The translations under genes and the position numbers were made by a program. A DNA stretch of 64,000 bases from Bryobacterales bacterium. GTDB lineage: Bacteria > Acidobacteriota > Terriglobia > Bryobacterales > Bryobacteraceae. The notes under the pieces were generated by a model that was not told the origin of the DNA, did not search any database, and saw only the letters and a program-made list of their open reading frames with translations. Shown here piece by piece: positions 1 to 10,489 of the stretch. The DNA lies in assembly GCA_963795935.1 (NCBI GenBank), contig CAWCJO010000023.1, positions 33,688 through 97,687 of the forward strand. Direction: 5' to 3'. Numbering within the stretch: the stretch's first letter is position 1; the number at the start of each line of letters is the position of its first letter.

Positions 1-3000
1 GGCCGATCGCGGCAGCATCGAAGGGACCGTAACGGACCCGACGGGAAGCGCGGTTCCGGGAACTCAAATTGAGGTGGTCAATATCGAGACGAACAGCAAA
101 CTGGATTTCTCGACCAATGAGGTGGGGTATTATCTGGCAGCCAATCTGCCGGTCGGGTCCTACCGCATGATTGTGCGGAAGGAGGGCTTCCGCACGGTTG
201 TTCGAGAACCCATTTTGGTAAACGCCCAGAGCAGCTTGCGCGTGAACTTTAAGTTTGAAATCGGCTCCACTTCCGAAACCGTCAGCGTCAGCGCGGAAGC
301 GCCGCTGCTGGACGTGTCGGCCACCAGCGCGCCCAACAATCTTACGGCGCAGTTCATCGACGATCTGCCGCTGCTCAACTTCGCCGAAAAGAGCAACATC
401 ACGGACAACCTGCGATTCCTGCCCGGAAATACTTCGAGTAATGGGAGCTTGAACAGCAATGAGCCGGCGGAGTCGTGGTCGGGCCGCGTGAATTCAGCGC
501 TCCAGGCGCGACCGAGATTTTTATCGATGGCGCCCCGTCGAGCGAGTGGAGCACGCGGCGCGGCTCCGTCCTGGAGAATGGGCCTACCGTGCAGGCGGTG
601 TCGGAGTACAGCGTGGTCGCCAACGCCTTCAACGCCGAGTACGGCGGGTTTGGGAGTTGGTTCACCACCGTCAACATGAAATCCGGCACGAATGTTCTGC
701 ACGGCATGGTCTACGACACCTTCGCCAATGACGATTTGGACGCCCGCAACTTCTTCCAAGGTCCCGTGAAACAGAAGCTGCGGCTTAACGAAGGCGGCTT
801 CCAATTTGGCGGCCCGGTATACATCCCCAAGATCTACGATGGCCGCAACAAGACTTTCCTGTTCTTTAGCCAAGACCTGTTCTATTCACGGCAAGGCGGC
901 GCCGGAGGCCTCGAGACCGTTCCGGCGGCGGCCTTCAAGACGGGCAATTTCAGCAATCTCGTGAGCGCATCGGGCGCGCAGATTCCGATTTTCGATCCTG
1001 CGACTACGCAGCCGGACGGCAATGGCGGCTTTGTTCGCCAGCAGTTTCCGGGCAACGTTATCCCAGCCTCGCGCATCAGTCCGGTTTCAGCGAAGATCGC
1101 GGCCTTGCTGCCGAACCCGGACCTTCCGAGCGAGGCGAACAATTGGTACAACAGGACCGGCGCCTTTCCCTACTTCAACACCTTCACCTCGCTTGCGAAA
1201 GTCGACCACAGTTTCTCGACGAAACAGAAGATCGCGGTTATGTACCAGAATGAGTGGCGTCCGCGGCTCATCAACAATAGCGGCTGGGGATTCACCGCCA
1301 ACGCCGTGCCCGGGCTTCCCACGGAGCCGGACGTACTGGAAGGCTTTCAACTACAGACCGTAACCAGCCAGACCTGGCGCGCCAACCACGATTATATTTT
1401 CAGTCCCACCGTGCTGAACCATCTCACCGTGGGCGTCGACCGGTACGTGAATCCGTACACGAACACCAGCGTCGGGCAGGGCTGGGACCAAGCGCTGGGT
1501 ATCACGGGAATGCCGAACGACCTGGGCGCGTTTCCGCAGATCAGTTTTACGGGCGGCACGGCATCGCCCATCAACATGGGGCTCACCAGCAACGGTTTGG
1601 GAGCGCAGACGCGCTTCTCGATCAGCGAGAGTCTGACGTGGATTCGCGGACGCCACACCATGAAATTCGGCGGCTCCCACTGGCGGTATGACAATAACAG
1701 CCGTAACGAATCGTCAACCGCCGGAAGTTTTACGTTCAGTAACCAAATGACCAGCCAGCCGGATTCGCCGAACCTGACAAGCTGGGGCAGTTCCTTTGCG
1801 AGTTTCCTGTTGGGAGACTTGCAGAACGCGAACACGACATTACCGTACACGACAGGCTACCGGTTCCGCCACTATTCTTTATTTGCGCAGGACGACTTCC
1901 GGATTAAGCCGAATCTTACTTTGTCTTACGGACTCCGTTGGGATGTCGCTCAGGCGCCTTTCGAGGTCAACAGCGAAGTGAGTTCCTTCAGCCCCACGGT
2001 CGTGAATCCGGTGGGCATCCCGGGCGCGCTCGTTTTCGGCGGGAGCGGGCCGGGCCGCACCGGGAACCAATTCGTCAAGACGTGGATGAAAGGTTTCGGT
2101 CCGAGGCTGGGCGTGGCTTACTCGGTGACGCCCAAGACCGTCATCCGGACTTCGGCGGGGATCTATTACTCCGACGCAACGGACACCGGCGGGTATACCG
2201 CGGGCTTCTCCGCGTCGCCGAGCTTCAGCTCGGCGGATAACTACACGCCGGTCTATAACTGGGGAACGAGCGGCTTCCCGCAGAACTACAGCTTGCCTCC
2301 GCAACTGAGGCCGGATTTCCAAAACGGGCAAAGCATAACGTGGCTGCTTCCAGCGGGGACTCGCCTGCCGCAGATTCTGAGTTGGACGTTCGCAATCCAG
2401 CGCGAATTGATGCGCAACGTGGCGCTCGATGTCTCGTACATCGGGAGTCATTCGACGCACCTGGCAGCGGGCAGCAGTTTCGATTACGTAAACGACAGCT
2501 ATCTTTCGCTAGGGAATCTGCTGTTGCAACCCGCGGGGTCGGCCGCTGCCGCCGCGGCCAATGTTCCTCTGCCGTTCTCCACCTTCCCGAACTTGAGTGT
2601 GCATACCGTGGCCCAGGCGCTGATGCCGTATCCGCAGTACACCTCCGTCGGAACGGGATCGGAAAACGATCCGGTGGGCAGTGCGCGTTTCAACTCCTTG
2701 CAGGTGAAGGTGAACAAGCGATACTCCAACGGACTGACGCTGCTCACCTTCTTTACTTGGATGAAGAACATGAGCACGCTCGAACCGGACCAGTACACGC
2801 CCGTGCGGCCGATTGTCTACAGCGGAGATTCGCCGCCATTTACTTTCGTGTTCAACTGGAGCTACGAGTTGCCATTCGGGTCCGGGAAGAAGTTTCTCAA
2901 TTCGGGCAACTCAATCCTGAAGAGGCTGGCGGGCGGTTGGAACATCGCCGGTTACGTGCGCTACAGCTCCGGGGACGCTTTAAGCTTCGCCGTGGCGAAC

Positions 3001-3396
3001 AATCTTTCGGTTCTGGGATATGCCGCCAAATTCGCGGATTACGTGCCGGGCGCGCCCATATTCGGCACCACCGATCCGCGCGACTTCGACCCCGCTGTCA
3101 GCAGGTATCTCGCTCCCGGCGCCTTTGTCGTTCCTCCTCCCTACCAGTTCGGCAATACAGCTCCCGTTCTGGACTGGGTGCGCGGGTTCTGGCAGAAGGC
3201 GGAGTCGATTTCGTTGGGCAAATCGTTCCCGATCAAAGAGAGGCTGCGCGCGCAGTTCCGAATCGATGTGAATAACCCGTTCAACTTCGTGCGTTGGGGC
3301 GATCCCAACACCAGCATTACCAGCGCGAATTACGGACAGGTGACTTCGGCGGCGGACCCCAGAAAGATCCAGCTTTACCTTGCGATAAGGTTCTGA
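1..3396 (+). CDS. TonB-dependent receptor, Acidobacteria type (N-terminal carboxypeptidase-regulatory-like domain, plug, beta-barrel). The 5' end lies outside the window. There is an apparent -1 frameshift near 440-475: frame 2 to ~470, then frame 1 from 475.
   Basis: N-terminal motifs TVTDPTGSAVPG...VVNIETN...YRMIVRKEGF...ETVSVSAEAPLLD are typical of the CarboxypepD_reg domain and closely parallel the other two receptors in this window. Downstream there is a plug-like ...FIDGAPS... and a long beta-barrel with a C-terminal aromatic residue. Frame 1 has a stop at 460-462, and the frame-2 text becomes junk after ~470. Confidence 0.8.
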
Positions 3397-3416
3397 ATTT
3401 TGCCGCGGAAATTAAT

Positions 3417-4817
3417 ATGACAAAACGCAGAACGTTTCTTTCTATCTTTTTGATGCCGGGTCTCGGCATTTCTTTGTTGGGCCAGAACCCGGCGGTGGCT
3501 TCGCAACAGGCCCGCGCGGCTCCAGATTTCCTGAATCGCGCCATTATCTATCAGGTGTGGATGCGTTCCTTTACTCCGGAAGGGACCCTGAGAGCCACGG
3601 CGGCGCACCTGCCGTATATTGCCGATCTTGGGGCCACTATCGTCTACCTGAGCCCTCTGAACGTTCACGGCTATCCGTCGGTGTTCGGGCCTTCGACCCC
3701 GTATGAAATTAAGGACTACGATCGAATCGACCCCGAGTACGGCAGGGAAGCGAACCTCAAAGCGCTGGTGGAGGAAGCTCACAAGTTGGGTCTGAAGGTG
3801 ATTATGGATATCGTCTTCGCCCATAGCGCAAACGATAATGTCCTGCTGTGCAAACCCGGGTTCTATCAGCGCACGCCGGACGGGGCGCTCAAGATGTCGC
3901 GCTGGCACACGCCGATGCCGGACTACACCAACCCCGCAGTGCGCGAGTATTTCCGCAATAACATGCTGCATTGGGTTCGAGACGTGGGCGTGGACGGGTT
4001 CCGGGCCGACGTGGCGGGCGGCGTGCCTTTGAGTTTTTGGGACGAAGCGCGGGAGGCGATGGACAAAGTCAATCCCAATGTGATCATGCTGGCCGAAGCG
4101 GACGTGCCGCAACAGCAGCTTAAGGCCTTCGATATCAGTTATAACTTCCCGTATTATTCGGCGCTTACCGCGGTGGTGGTAAACGGCGAATCGGCCGAGC
4201 GCATTCAGCAACAGTGGGAGAAGGCGAAGGCCGCCTTCCCGCGAGGCGCTCACTTCCTGCACTTGAACGATAACCACGATCGCAACCGGGCGAACGTGGT
4301 GTTTAGCGAAAAGGGAGCGCTGGCGACTTCCGTGCTGGATTTCACTCTGGACGGAATTCCGCTGTTGTACAACGGAGAGGAAATCGGCGATTGTACGCCT
4401 CCTCAACAGCAGTCCCATGTGGCCATCCGGTGGGAGATCTGGAAGCCGGAGGAGGAGCGCACGGGTCTTGCGAGGGTGCAGGAGGCGAAACTAAGGGTGT
4501 ACAAGCGGATTCTTCAGATGCGCCGGGAAGAGGCGGCGCTTACTTCGGGCGAGCTGCTGTGGGTCAATAACAGCAACCCGGATGAGGTGGTCAGCTTCAT
4601 ACGCAGGACGGGCAATGAAGAGATTCTGGTATTGGTTAACGTATCAAACCGTATCTCTAAAGTACAGGTGGACGTGCCGGCTTCGGAGTACGCACGAGCC
4701 ACGGACCTTCTGAAAAAGCGGCCGCTGCCGGCCTCACTCTCTCCGGACAAATTCAGTTGTCAGTTAGGAGCGTTTGACTATATAGTAGCGAAGCGCTCAG
4801 CGGCAAAGACTCCGTAA
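3417..4817 (+). CDS. Secreted alpha-amylase family glycoside hydrolase (GH13)
   Basis: Signal peptide MTKRRTFLSIFLMPGLG. GH13 signatures are present: GFRADVAGGVP (catalytic Asp region), MLAEAD (Glu) and FLHLNDNHD. It starts 21 bp after the TonB receptor stop. Confidence 0.8.
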   Translation: MTKRRTFLSIFLMPGLGISLLGQNPAVASQQARAAPDFLNRAIIYQVWMRSFTPEGTLRATAAHLPYIADLGATIVYLSPLNVHGYPSVFGPSTPYEIKDYDRIDPEYGREANLKALVEEAHKLGLKVIMDIVFAHSANDNVLLCKPGFYQRTPDGALKMSRWHTPMPDYTNPAVREYFRNNMLHWVRDVGVDGFRADVAGGVPLSFWDEAREAMDKVNPNVIMLAEADVPQQQLKAFDISYNFPYYSALTAVVVNGESAERIQQQWEKAKAAFPRGAHFLHLNDNHDRNRANVVFSEKGALATSVLDFTLDGIPLLYNGEEIGDCTPPQQQSHVAIRWEIWKPEEERTGLARVQEAKLRVYKRILQMRREEAALTSGELLWVNNSNPDEVVSFIRRTGNEEILVLVNVSNRISKVQVDVPASEYARATDLLKKRPLPASLSPDKFSCQLGAFDYIVAKRSAAKTP

Positions 4818-4828
4818 CTGGGGAAAGA

Positions 4829-7048
4829 ATGCATTCCATAGCCCGCGGTCTGGTATTCGGGCTCTTGATTTGGTCCGTGGGTAACGGCCTGGCGCAGCCC
4901 GGGACCCAGTTCAACGTCAAGAATTATGGCGCGGCTGGCGATGGCATCCAGCCGGATACCGACGCCATCAACAAAACTATCCAAGCGGCGCGCGAGGCCG
5001 GAGGCGGGACCGTTCTTGTCCCCGCGGGAACCTATCTGTCGGGAACCGTCCAGCTTCAGAATAACGTGACCCTCTGGATCGACGCGGGCGCGACGATACT
5101 GGGCAGCAAGAACCTCTCCGATTATCATTGGCCCGAAGGCGGGCGTGAGTGGGACGGCGCGATCATCCTGGCCAACGGCGTTCATAATGCCGCGCTCATG
5201 GGCCGGGGGACGATCAACGGACAAAACCTCACCAATCCGAGAGGCGAAGAGCATATCCGCGGCCCCCATGCGGTCCTTTTCAATAAGTGCAAAGACATTG
5301 CCGTGCGCGACGTCACCATTAGAGACGCGGGCAATTACTCTCTCATCATGCGTTCCTGCGAGCGGGTAACCATCGACAACCTGACGGCGTTCAACGGCTA
5401 TGACGGCATCAATATGCACGACGTCAGGTCCGCGACTATCTCGAATTCCAAACTTTACACCGGCGACGATAGCCTGGCTGGGGCCTACTGGGAGAACGTG
5501 ACCGTCTCCAACTGCATTCTGAACAGCTCCTGCAATGCGATCCGCGTTGGTGGCCGCAACGTGCTCATCAACAATTGTCTGATCTACGGTCCCGGGGAGT
5601 ACGCCCACCGTCTCGGATTCCGCCAAAATACGGAATCCGGCTTTCAGATTCTGCCTCACAACGCGCCTCGCGGGAATTCGAGTTCGACAAGGCTGGTCAA
5701 GCCCGGTCCGGTGGACAACATGATCCTATCCAATGTCACGATGATCAATGTCCGCTCGCCGGTCTATGTGGCTTTCGGCGCCGATGCTCCGTACAGTGGC
5801 AACAATTTAGGAGTGGGGCGCATCGTGATTGAAAACCTCACTGCTATTAATTGCGGCAGAACGCCGTTTTATGTAGCCGGGCCTCGTGAAAATCCCGCTA
5901 AATCGATCATCCTGCGAAATGCCCGGCTGACGTTCGCCGGAGGAGTTGACGAGGAGGAATCGAACGGCCAGGGGTTCAGCCCCTATTCGATGCTCCAGTC
6001 GTACGGGGTGTACTGCCGCAATGTCGAGCACCTGGAGCTCCACGACGTCCGAGTGAACTATCGCGACAAGGACCGGCGGCCAGCCCTCTTCGGCGAGAAT
6101 ATCGGCACGCTGGAGCTGGACCGCTTCGTTGCGGAACGGGAAGCGGATGGCGCGCCCTCGCTGCTGTTCGCCGGTATCCACAGATTGGCGATAAATGGCG
6201 CGGAGGCGACGCCCGCCAAATTGCTTCTCAAGGGTCTCGATCCCGTGTTGGGGAAAGTGATTTCCGGCGAGCCGTTTTTTGTGGGGGCGACAGTCCAAAA
6301 CACCGGTCATGAAGGCCTTGGCGACGTCGAGTTGCGGCTTGGCAATGAGGCGATCAAGCGCACGGTCTGGTTGGGAGCGAACGAAACTGCGCGCGTCGGC
6401 TTCGCCAATCTGCGGTCCAAAGAGGCCGGGGAAATACCGCTGCGGCTGGGAGAATTGGTGAAGAACGTGACGGTGCGGCCTAAACCGTCCGGTCACCCGG
6501 TGAACGCGCCATATGTTGCATTTCAGAACCTCAGGGGACAAGTGGAGCAGATCGAGGGTGGTTTCTACATTCGGGAAGGCGGCGATTACGCCGTGCTGGA
6601 CCACGGCGACCAGTACGGTTCGGCCTATCTGCCCCACGCATTGGGAGAAACCGATTCGGCGGTTGTGAAACTCGAGAATCCGGATGTCCGAACGAGTTGG
6701 GTTGGCCGCGCGGGCATCATGGTGCGTAAGGACATTTCGAAGCCTGGGCAATCGCCCGGCTACCTTGTATTAGGCGCTTCGCCATCCAACGGCTTTGCGC
6801 TGGAGTGGGATTCAAATGGCGATGGCCGCATCGACAAGCGGACCGTCCTCGATGGATATACCAACTGGCCGTGCTGGCTCAAGCTGCAGCGGCAGGGCGC
6901 TCGATTCACGGGATACTCCAGTAAGGACGGAAAGAATTGGAGCGAGGTCGGCGAAGCCGACGTGGCGGGAGCCGAGGGTGCTCTCGATATCGGCGTCTTT
7001 ACCCATCGAAGCAGTGCCCGCTTTCTTGATTTCAGAGTAATCCGGTGA
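4829..7048 (+). CDS. Secreted right-handed beta-helix glycoside hydrolase (GH28 / pectate-lyase-superfamily-like) with a C-terminal beta-sandwich (LamG/DUF1349-like) domain
   Basis: N-terminal signal peptide, then NVKNYGAAGDGIQPDTDAINKTIQAA, which is typical of the GH28 / pectin-lyase fold. Repeated N/D-rich beta-helix rungs follow (NGYDGINMHD, TGDDSLAG). The C-terminal ~180 aa form a separate domain. Confidence 0.6.
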   Translation: MHSIARGLVFGLLIWSVGNGLAQPGTQFNVKNYGAAGDGIQPDTDAINKTIQAAREAGGGTVLVPAGTYLSGTVQLQNNVTLWIDAGATILGSKNLSDYHWPEGGREWDGAIILANGVHNAALMGRGTINGQNLTNPRGEEHIRGPHAVLFNKCKDIAVRDVTIRDAGNYSLIMRSCERVTIDNLTAFNGYDGINMHDVRSATISNSKLYTGDDSLAGAYWENVTVSNCILNSSCNAIRVGGRNVLINNCLIYGPGEYAHRLGFRQNTESGFQILPHNAPRGNSSSTRLVKPGPVDNMILSNVTMINVRSPVYVAFGADAPYSGNNLGVGRIVIENLTAINCGRTPFYVAGPRENPAKSIILRNARLTFAGGVDEEESNGQGFSPYSMLQSYGVYCRNVEHLELHDVRVNYRDKDRRPALFGENIGTLELDRFVAEREADGAPSLLFAGIHRLAINGAEATPAKLLLKGLDPVLGKVISGEPFFVGATVQNTGHEGLGDVELRLGNEAIKRTVWLGANETARVGFANLRSKEAGEIPLRLGELVKNVTVRPKPSGHPVNAPYVAFQNLRGQVEQIEGGFYIREGGDYAVLDHGDQYGSAYLPHALGETDSAVVKLENPDVRTSWVGRAGIMVRKDISKPGQSPGYLVLGASPSNGFALEWDSNGDGRIDKRTVLDGYTNWPCWLKLQRQGARFTGYSSKDGKNWSEVGEADVAGAEGALDIGVFTHRSSARFLDFRVIR

Positions 7049-7049
7049 G

Positions 7050-7988
7050 TTGCCCGCTGGAACCGATGAGGAGCATGTGCCATTTCCGGAAGGCTGTTTA
7101 ATTCTCTTCCTGGGGATGACCGGGGTGTTGGAGTCCGCGCCGGGCCAGAGTGCACCGTCGCGGCTGCTGGAAGAGGCCAACTCGAATTATCGGGCGCTGC
7201 GATCCGCCGAGGCGGTTCGTTTGTATCGCGAGTATCTGGCGCATTACGCGGATCGCGCGGACGTGCGGACTTACCTGGGCGCGGCGCTGCTGAATATGCG
7301 CGAACCGCGCGAGGCTTTAGAAGAAGCGAAGCGGGCCATTGCGCTGGATGACCGCTACGCCAAAGCGTATACGCTGGCGGGGCGCATTTATACGGAGCGG
7401 CAGGAATGGGAATTGGCGAAGGAGTGCTTCGATCGGGCTGTTGCGCTCGATCCGGGCGACCGTGAGACCTGGTATTTCTTCGGCCGCTCCTATTACGATG
7501 CCAACCGCTTTGACCGGGCTGTTGAAGCGTTCTTGCAGGCAATTAAACTGGGCGCCGGGCAGAGCCGGGTTTATGAAAACCTGGGTCTTGCGTACGAAGC
7601 CCTCAGTCAGTTCGAGGATGCGGAGAAGGCCTATCGGCGCGCCGTGGAGTTGGCGGGAAACACCTACCGGCCCTGCCTTGCGTATGGCGTGTTTCTGTTC
7701 AAACAAGGGCGGATGGCGGAAAGCCTGCGCCTGTTGGAGCGGGCTTTCCGCCTGGAACCGGACGCCCCGGACGTCCGTTTCGCATTGGGCCGGGTTTTAT
7801 ATCATGCCGGAAGACTACCCGAAGCTTCTCAGGTACTGGAGGGAGCGCTGCCATCGAATGAATGCCGGGTGCACAACCTGCTCGCCAGGGTTTTTTCCAT
7901 GCAGGGCGAAAGCGGCGAAGCGGAGCGAGAGGTCAAATTGATGGGGGATTGCCGTGGCGAGACGGGTGCCCGGGCAGAGCCGCGGTGA
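7050..7988 (+). CDS. TPR repeat protein
   Basis: Multiple 34-aa TPR-like repeats (AEAVRLYREYLAHYADRADVRTYLGAAL..., AKAYTLAGRIYTERQEW...). Its stop overlaps the next gene's start (GTGA). Confidence 0.7.
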   Translation: MPAGTDEEHVPFPEGCLILFLGMTGVLESAPGQSAPSRLLEEANSNYRALRSAEAVRLYREYLAHYADRADVRTYLGAALLNMREPREALEEAKRAIALDDRYAKAYTLAGRIYTERQEWELAKECFDRAVALDPGDRETWYFFGRSYYDANRFDRAVEAFLQAIKLGAGQSRVYENLGLAYEALSQFEDAEKAYRRAVELAGNTYRPCLAYGVFLFKQGRMAESLRLLERAFRLEPDAPDVRFALGRVLYHAGRLPEASQVLEGALPSNECRVHNLLARVFSMQGESGEAEREVKLMGDCRGETGARAEPR

Positions 7989-9601
7989 CAAAAGCCTCAT
8001 GGGCAGCGGGCGTTGCCATCATGGCGCTTGCGGCAGCGCCCGCCGCCCTCTTTGAGGACCGTAGCGCGAAATCCGGAATCGATTTTGTGCTGCGCAATTG
8101 CCGAACACCGGAGAAGCACCAGATTGAAACCATGGCCGGCGGAGTGGCCGTGTTCGACTACGACAACGACGGGTATCCGGATATTTATTTTGTAAACGGA
8201 GCGTCGCAGCCGGGTCTTGAGAAGAGCAGTCCCAAGTACTCCAACCGCTTGTATCGGAACAAGGGGAACTGGAGCTTTGAGGATGTTACGGAGAAGGCGG
8301 GCGTCGGCGGGAAAGGATACAACATCGGCGCCGCGGCGGCCGATTTCGACAACGATGGAAATGTCGACCTTTTTGTCACCGGCGTCAATGGCAATACATT
8401 GTTCCGCAATCGCGGCGATGGCACGTTCGAAGACGTAACGCGCAAAGCCGGGCTTGAAAGCGACCGCTGGACAGTCTCGGCGGCGTGGCTCGACTACGAT
8501 AACGACGGCCTTCTGGATCTCTTCGTGGTCGACTATGTGAAGTGGGATCCGGCTCGGGAGCCGTTGTGTGGCGATGCTGCGGGCAAGAACCGTACCTACT
8601 GCCACCCCCGTTTCTACGAGCCGCTGCCGAACCGCCTCTACCACAACAACGGCGACGGCACTTTCACCGACGTTTCCGAGGCGTCGGGTATCGCCGCGTA
8701 TCGGGGCAAAGGGATGGGCGTCGCAATCGCCGATTACGACCACGATGGTTGGATGGACATCTTCGTCGCCAACGATACGGTCCCCAACTTTCTATTCCAC
8801 AACGAGCATAACGGGCACTTCCGCGAGGTGGCTTTTCAGGCTGGCGTGGCGTTAAAGGATGATGCGAAAGCGATTTCCTCCATGGGCGCCGATTTCCGCG
8901 ATCTCGATAACGATGGCTGGGAGGACCTTTTCGTGACGGCCCTCGCCCATGAGACGTTCCCGTTCTTTCGCAACCTCGGCCACGGGTTGTTCAGCGACAT
9001 GACTTATCCGAGCCTCGCCGGGGGCGCCACTGCTGCGATGAGCGGTTGGGGGATTGGCATTTTCGACTTTGACAACGATGGTTGGAAAGACGTTTTCACC
9101 GCTAACGGCGATGTGCAGGACAACACCGAGTCGTTCTCCAGCGGCAGGTCGCGGCAACAGAACTTGCTGCTATTGAACGATGGCAAGGGCAGATTCAAAG
9201 CGCAGGTCATCGGGACGGCGGCACAACACCGCGGCGCGGCTTTCGGCGACTTCGATCGCGATGGGCGCGTGGATGTCGTAGTCACCAGACTCAATGAGCC
9301 GCCGGTGCTGTACCGCAATACGATGGGAGCGGGAAACCACTGGATCGGCCTCAGGCTAATCGGAAATCGGAGCAACCGGGACGCCTTGGGCGCCCGCGTC
9401 CTCATTCGGAGCGGCTCCACAAGGCAGGTGAATCACGTGACCACGTCTGTTGGTTATGCCTGTTCGAGTGAACCCACGGTACATTTCGGATTAGGGAGCG
9501 GCGCGGTAGTGGACCAGATCGAAATCGAATGGCCGTCCGGGTCGCGGCAGACACTCGAGAAGATGCCGGCCGATCGGTACATCACCGTGCGCGAACGCTA
9601 G
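7985..9601 (+). CDS. FG-GAP / ASPIC-UnbV (CRTAC1-like) repeat protein
   Basis: Repeated FDYDNDGYPDIYFVNG, ADFDNDGNVDLFVTG, LDYDNDGLLDLFVVDY, ADYDHDGWMDIFVAND and FDFDNDGWKDVF FG-GAP motifs. The C-terminal UnbV_ASPIC-like region has RDALGARV....G. A signal-like N-terminus starts at the GTG at 7985. Confidence 0.75.
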   Translation: MTKASWAAGVAIMALAAAPAALFEDRSAKSGIDFVLRNCRTPEKHQIETMAGGVAVFDYDNDGYPDIYFVNGASQPGLEKSSPKYSNRLYRNKGNWSFEDVTEKAGVGGKGYNIGAAAADFDNDGNVDLFVTGVNGNTLFRNRGDGTFEDVTRKAGLESDRWTVSAAWLDYDNDGLLDLFVVDYVKWDPAREPLCGDAAGKNRTYCHPRFYEPLPNRLYHNNGDGTFTDVSEASGIAAYRGKGMGVAIADYDHDGWMDIFVANDTVPNFLFHNEHNGHFREVAFQAGVALKDDAKAISSMGADFRDLDNDGWEDLFVTALAHETFPFFRNLGHGLFSDMTYPSLAGGATAAMSGWGIGIFDFDNDGWKDVFTANGDVQDNTESFSSGRSRQQNLLLLNDGKGRFKAQVIGTAAQHRGAAFGDFDRDGRVDVVVTRLNEPPVLYRNTMGAGNHWIGLRLIGNRSNRDALGARVLIRSGSTRQVNHVTTSVGYACSSEPTVHFGLGSGAVVDQIEIEWPSGSRQTLEKMPADRYITVRER

Positions 9602-10173
9602 CGGCTCAGACGCTCACGAGCTGCGGACGGCCCAGCGTCATTTCGGCCAGGTCCACCCAGCCGTGCCAGCGCGTGTTCTGCACGAATGTCGATGGTCTCG
9701 ATGCGGAAGCCGCGATTGCCGTTAAATTCCGCCCAGCGGCGGCGGGCGACCTCGCTCAATTCGTCGACCTGATCCGGGGTAAGGTTCTGGGCCAGGGTGA
9801 CGTGGGGATGGAATTCGAAGGGTTCGTCATACCATAATCCGCCGGTGTTGAGCGCCTCGTGCGCTTTCTTCAAGTGCTCATGTCCGCGTCCGGCGGCGAT
9901 GTAAAGGACATCGGAGATGGGGAAAATTTCGACAGCGCTCAATTCGATATCGAGCGGCTTCAGATCGTAAGCGGCCTCGCGCAGTTGAGACCAGGCCTTT
10001 TCGGGCGGCCCCTTAATGGGACGCGGCGGCAGGATGGTGACATGGGCCCGAAGAAAACAGTTCGGAACCAACTCGCAACGCAAACGGTCGAGGAAGCCGG
10101 CGAGCGGTTCCGGGATGTAGCTCACGAGAGCGAAGGAATTCAGGTACTCGACCCCGGTCGGGTCACAAGACAT
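9598..10173 (-). CDS. thpR: 2'-5' RNA ligase / 2',3'-cyclic phosphodiesterase (2H phosphoesterase, LigT/ThpR family)
   Basis: Two H-x-T-x motifs (HVTILPP and HVTLAQ) at the characteristic spacing. Size ~190 aa. Confidence 0.7.
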   Translation of the reverse strand: MSCDPTGVEYLNSFALVSYIPEPLAGFLDRLRCELVPNCFLRAHVTILPPRPIKGPPEKAWSQLREAAYDLKPLDIELSAVEIFPISDVLYIAAGRGHEHLKKAHEALNTGGLWYDEPFEFHPHVTLAQNLTPDQVDELSEVARRRWAEFNGNRGFRIETIDIRAEHALARLGGPGRNDAGPSAARERLSR

Positions 10174-10179
10174 ATTTTG

Positions 10180-10485
10180 CTACGTTATCGCGCTGCTTTG
10201 AGCCGCTGCCAACCCCGGCGGCTCCGGTACAAACCAGCGAGCCTCCTCAAACCCCACGTACTTATAGATCCGGAGGCCGTCCTCCGCTTCCAGTATGTCA
10301 CCAATGTTAAGGGGCGCGCCGGAATCGCGCAGCGCGACCCACGCCGCGTAGGCGGTCGCGGCCTCGACGCTTGCTCCCGGTTCGTAATCCTTGGGCTTGA
10401 CGATGGTCAACCCGGCCGTGTGGGGCGCCCAACGGAACTGCTGCAGGGGAGCGTCTTTGATGCGATGGATGCGGTAGACTGGCAT
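10180..10485 (-). CDS. Hypothetical small protein (~101 aa) between the patatin and LigT genes
   Basis: ORF MPVYRIHRIKDAPLQQFRWAPH...; there is a 4-bp gap to the patatin stop and a 6-bp gap to the LigT start. No recognisable motif. The longer 258-aa ORF on this frame is an artefact extending into the patatin gene. Confidence 0.45.
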   Translation of the reverse strand: MPVYRIHRIKDAPLQQFRWAPHTAGLTIVKPKDYEPGASVEAATAYAAWVALRDSGAPLNIGDILEAEDGLRIYKYVGFEEARWFVPEPPGLAAAQSSAIT

Positions 10486-10489
10486 GGGA

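Noticed and set aside
160-873. Long antisense and overlapping ORFs throughout the window (e.g. 160-873 minus, 3375-4418 minus, 27416-29050 minus 544 aa, 31587-32567 minus, 10599-11450 minus, 36335-37345 plus)
   Set aside because: They lie antisense to, or out of frame within, genes with clear family signatures. They are R/P/A-rich low-complexity translations, typical of spurious ORFs in >60% GC DNA.
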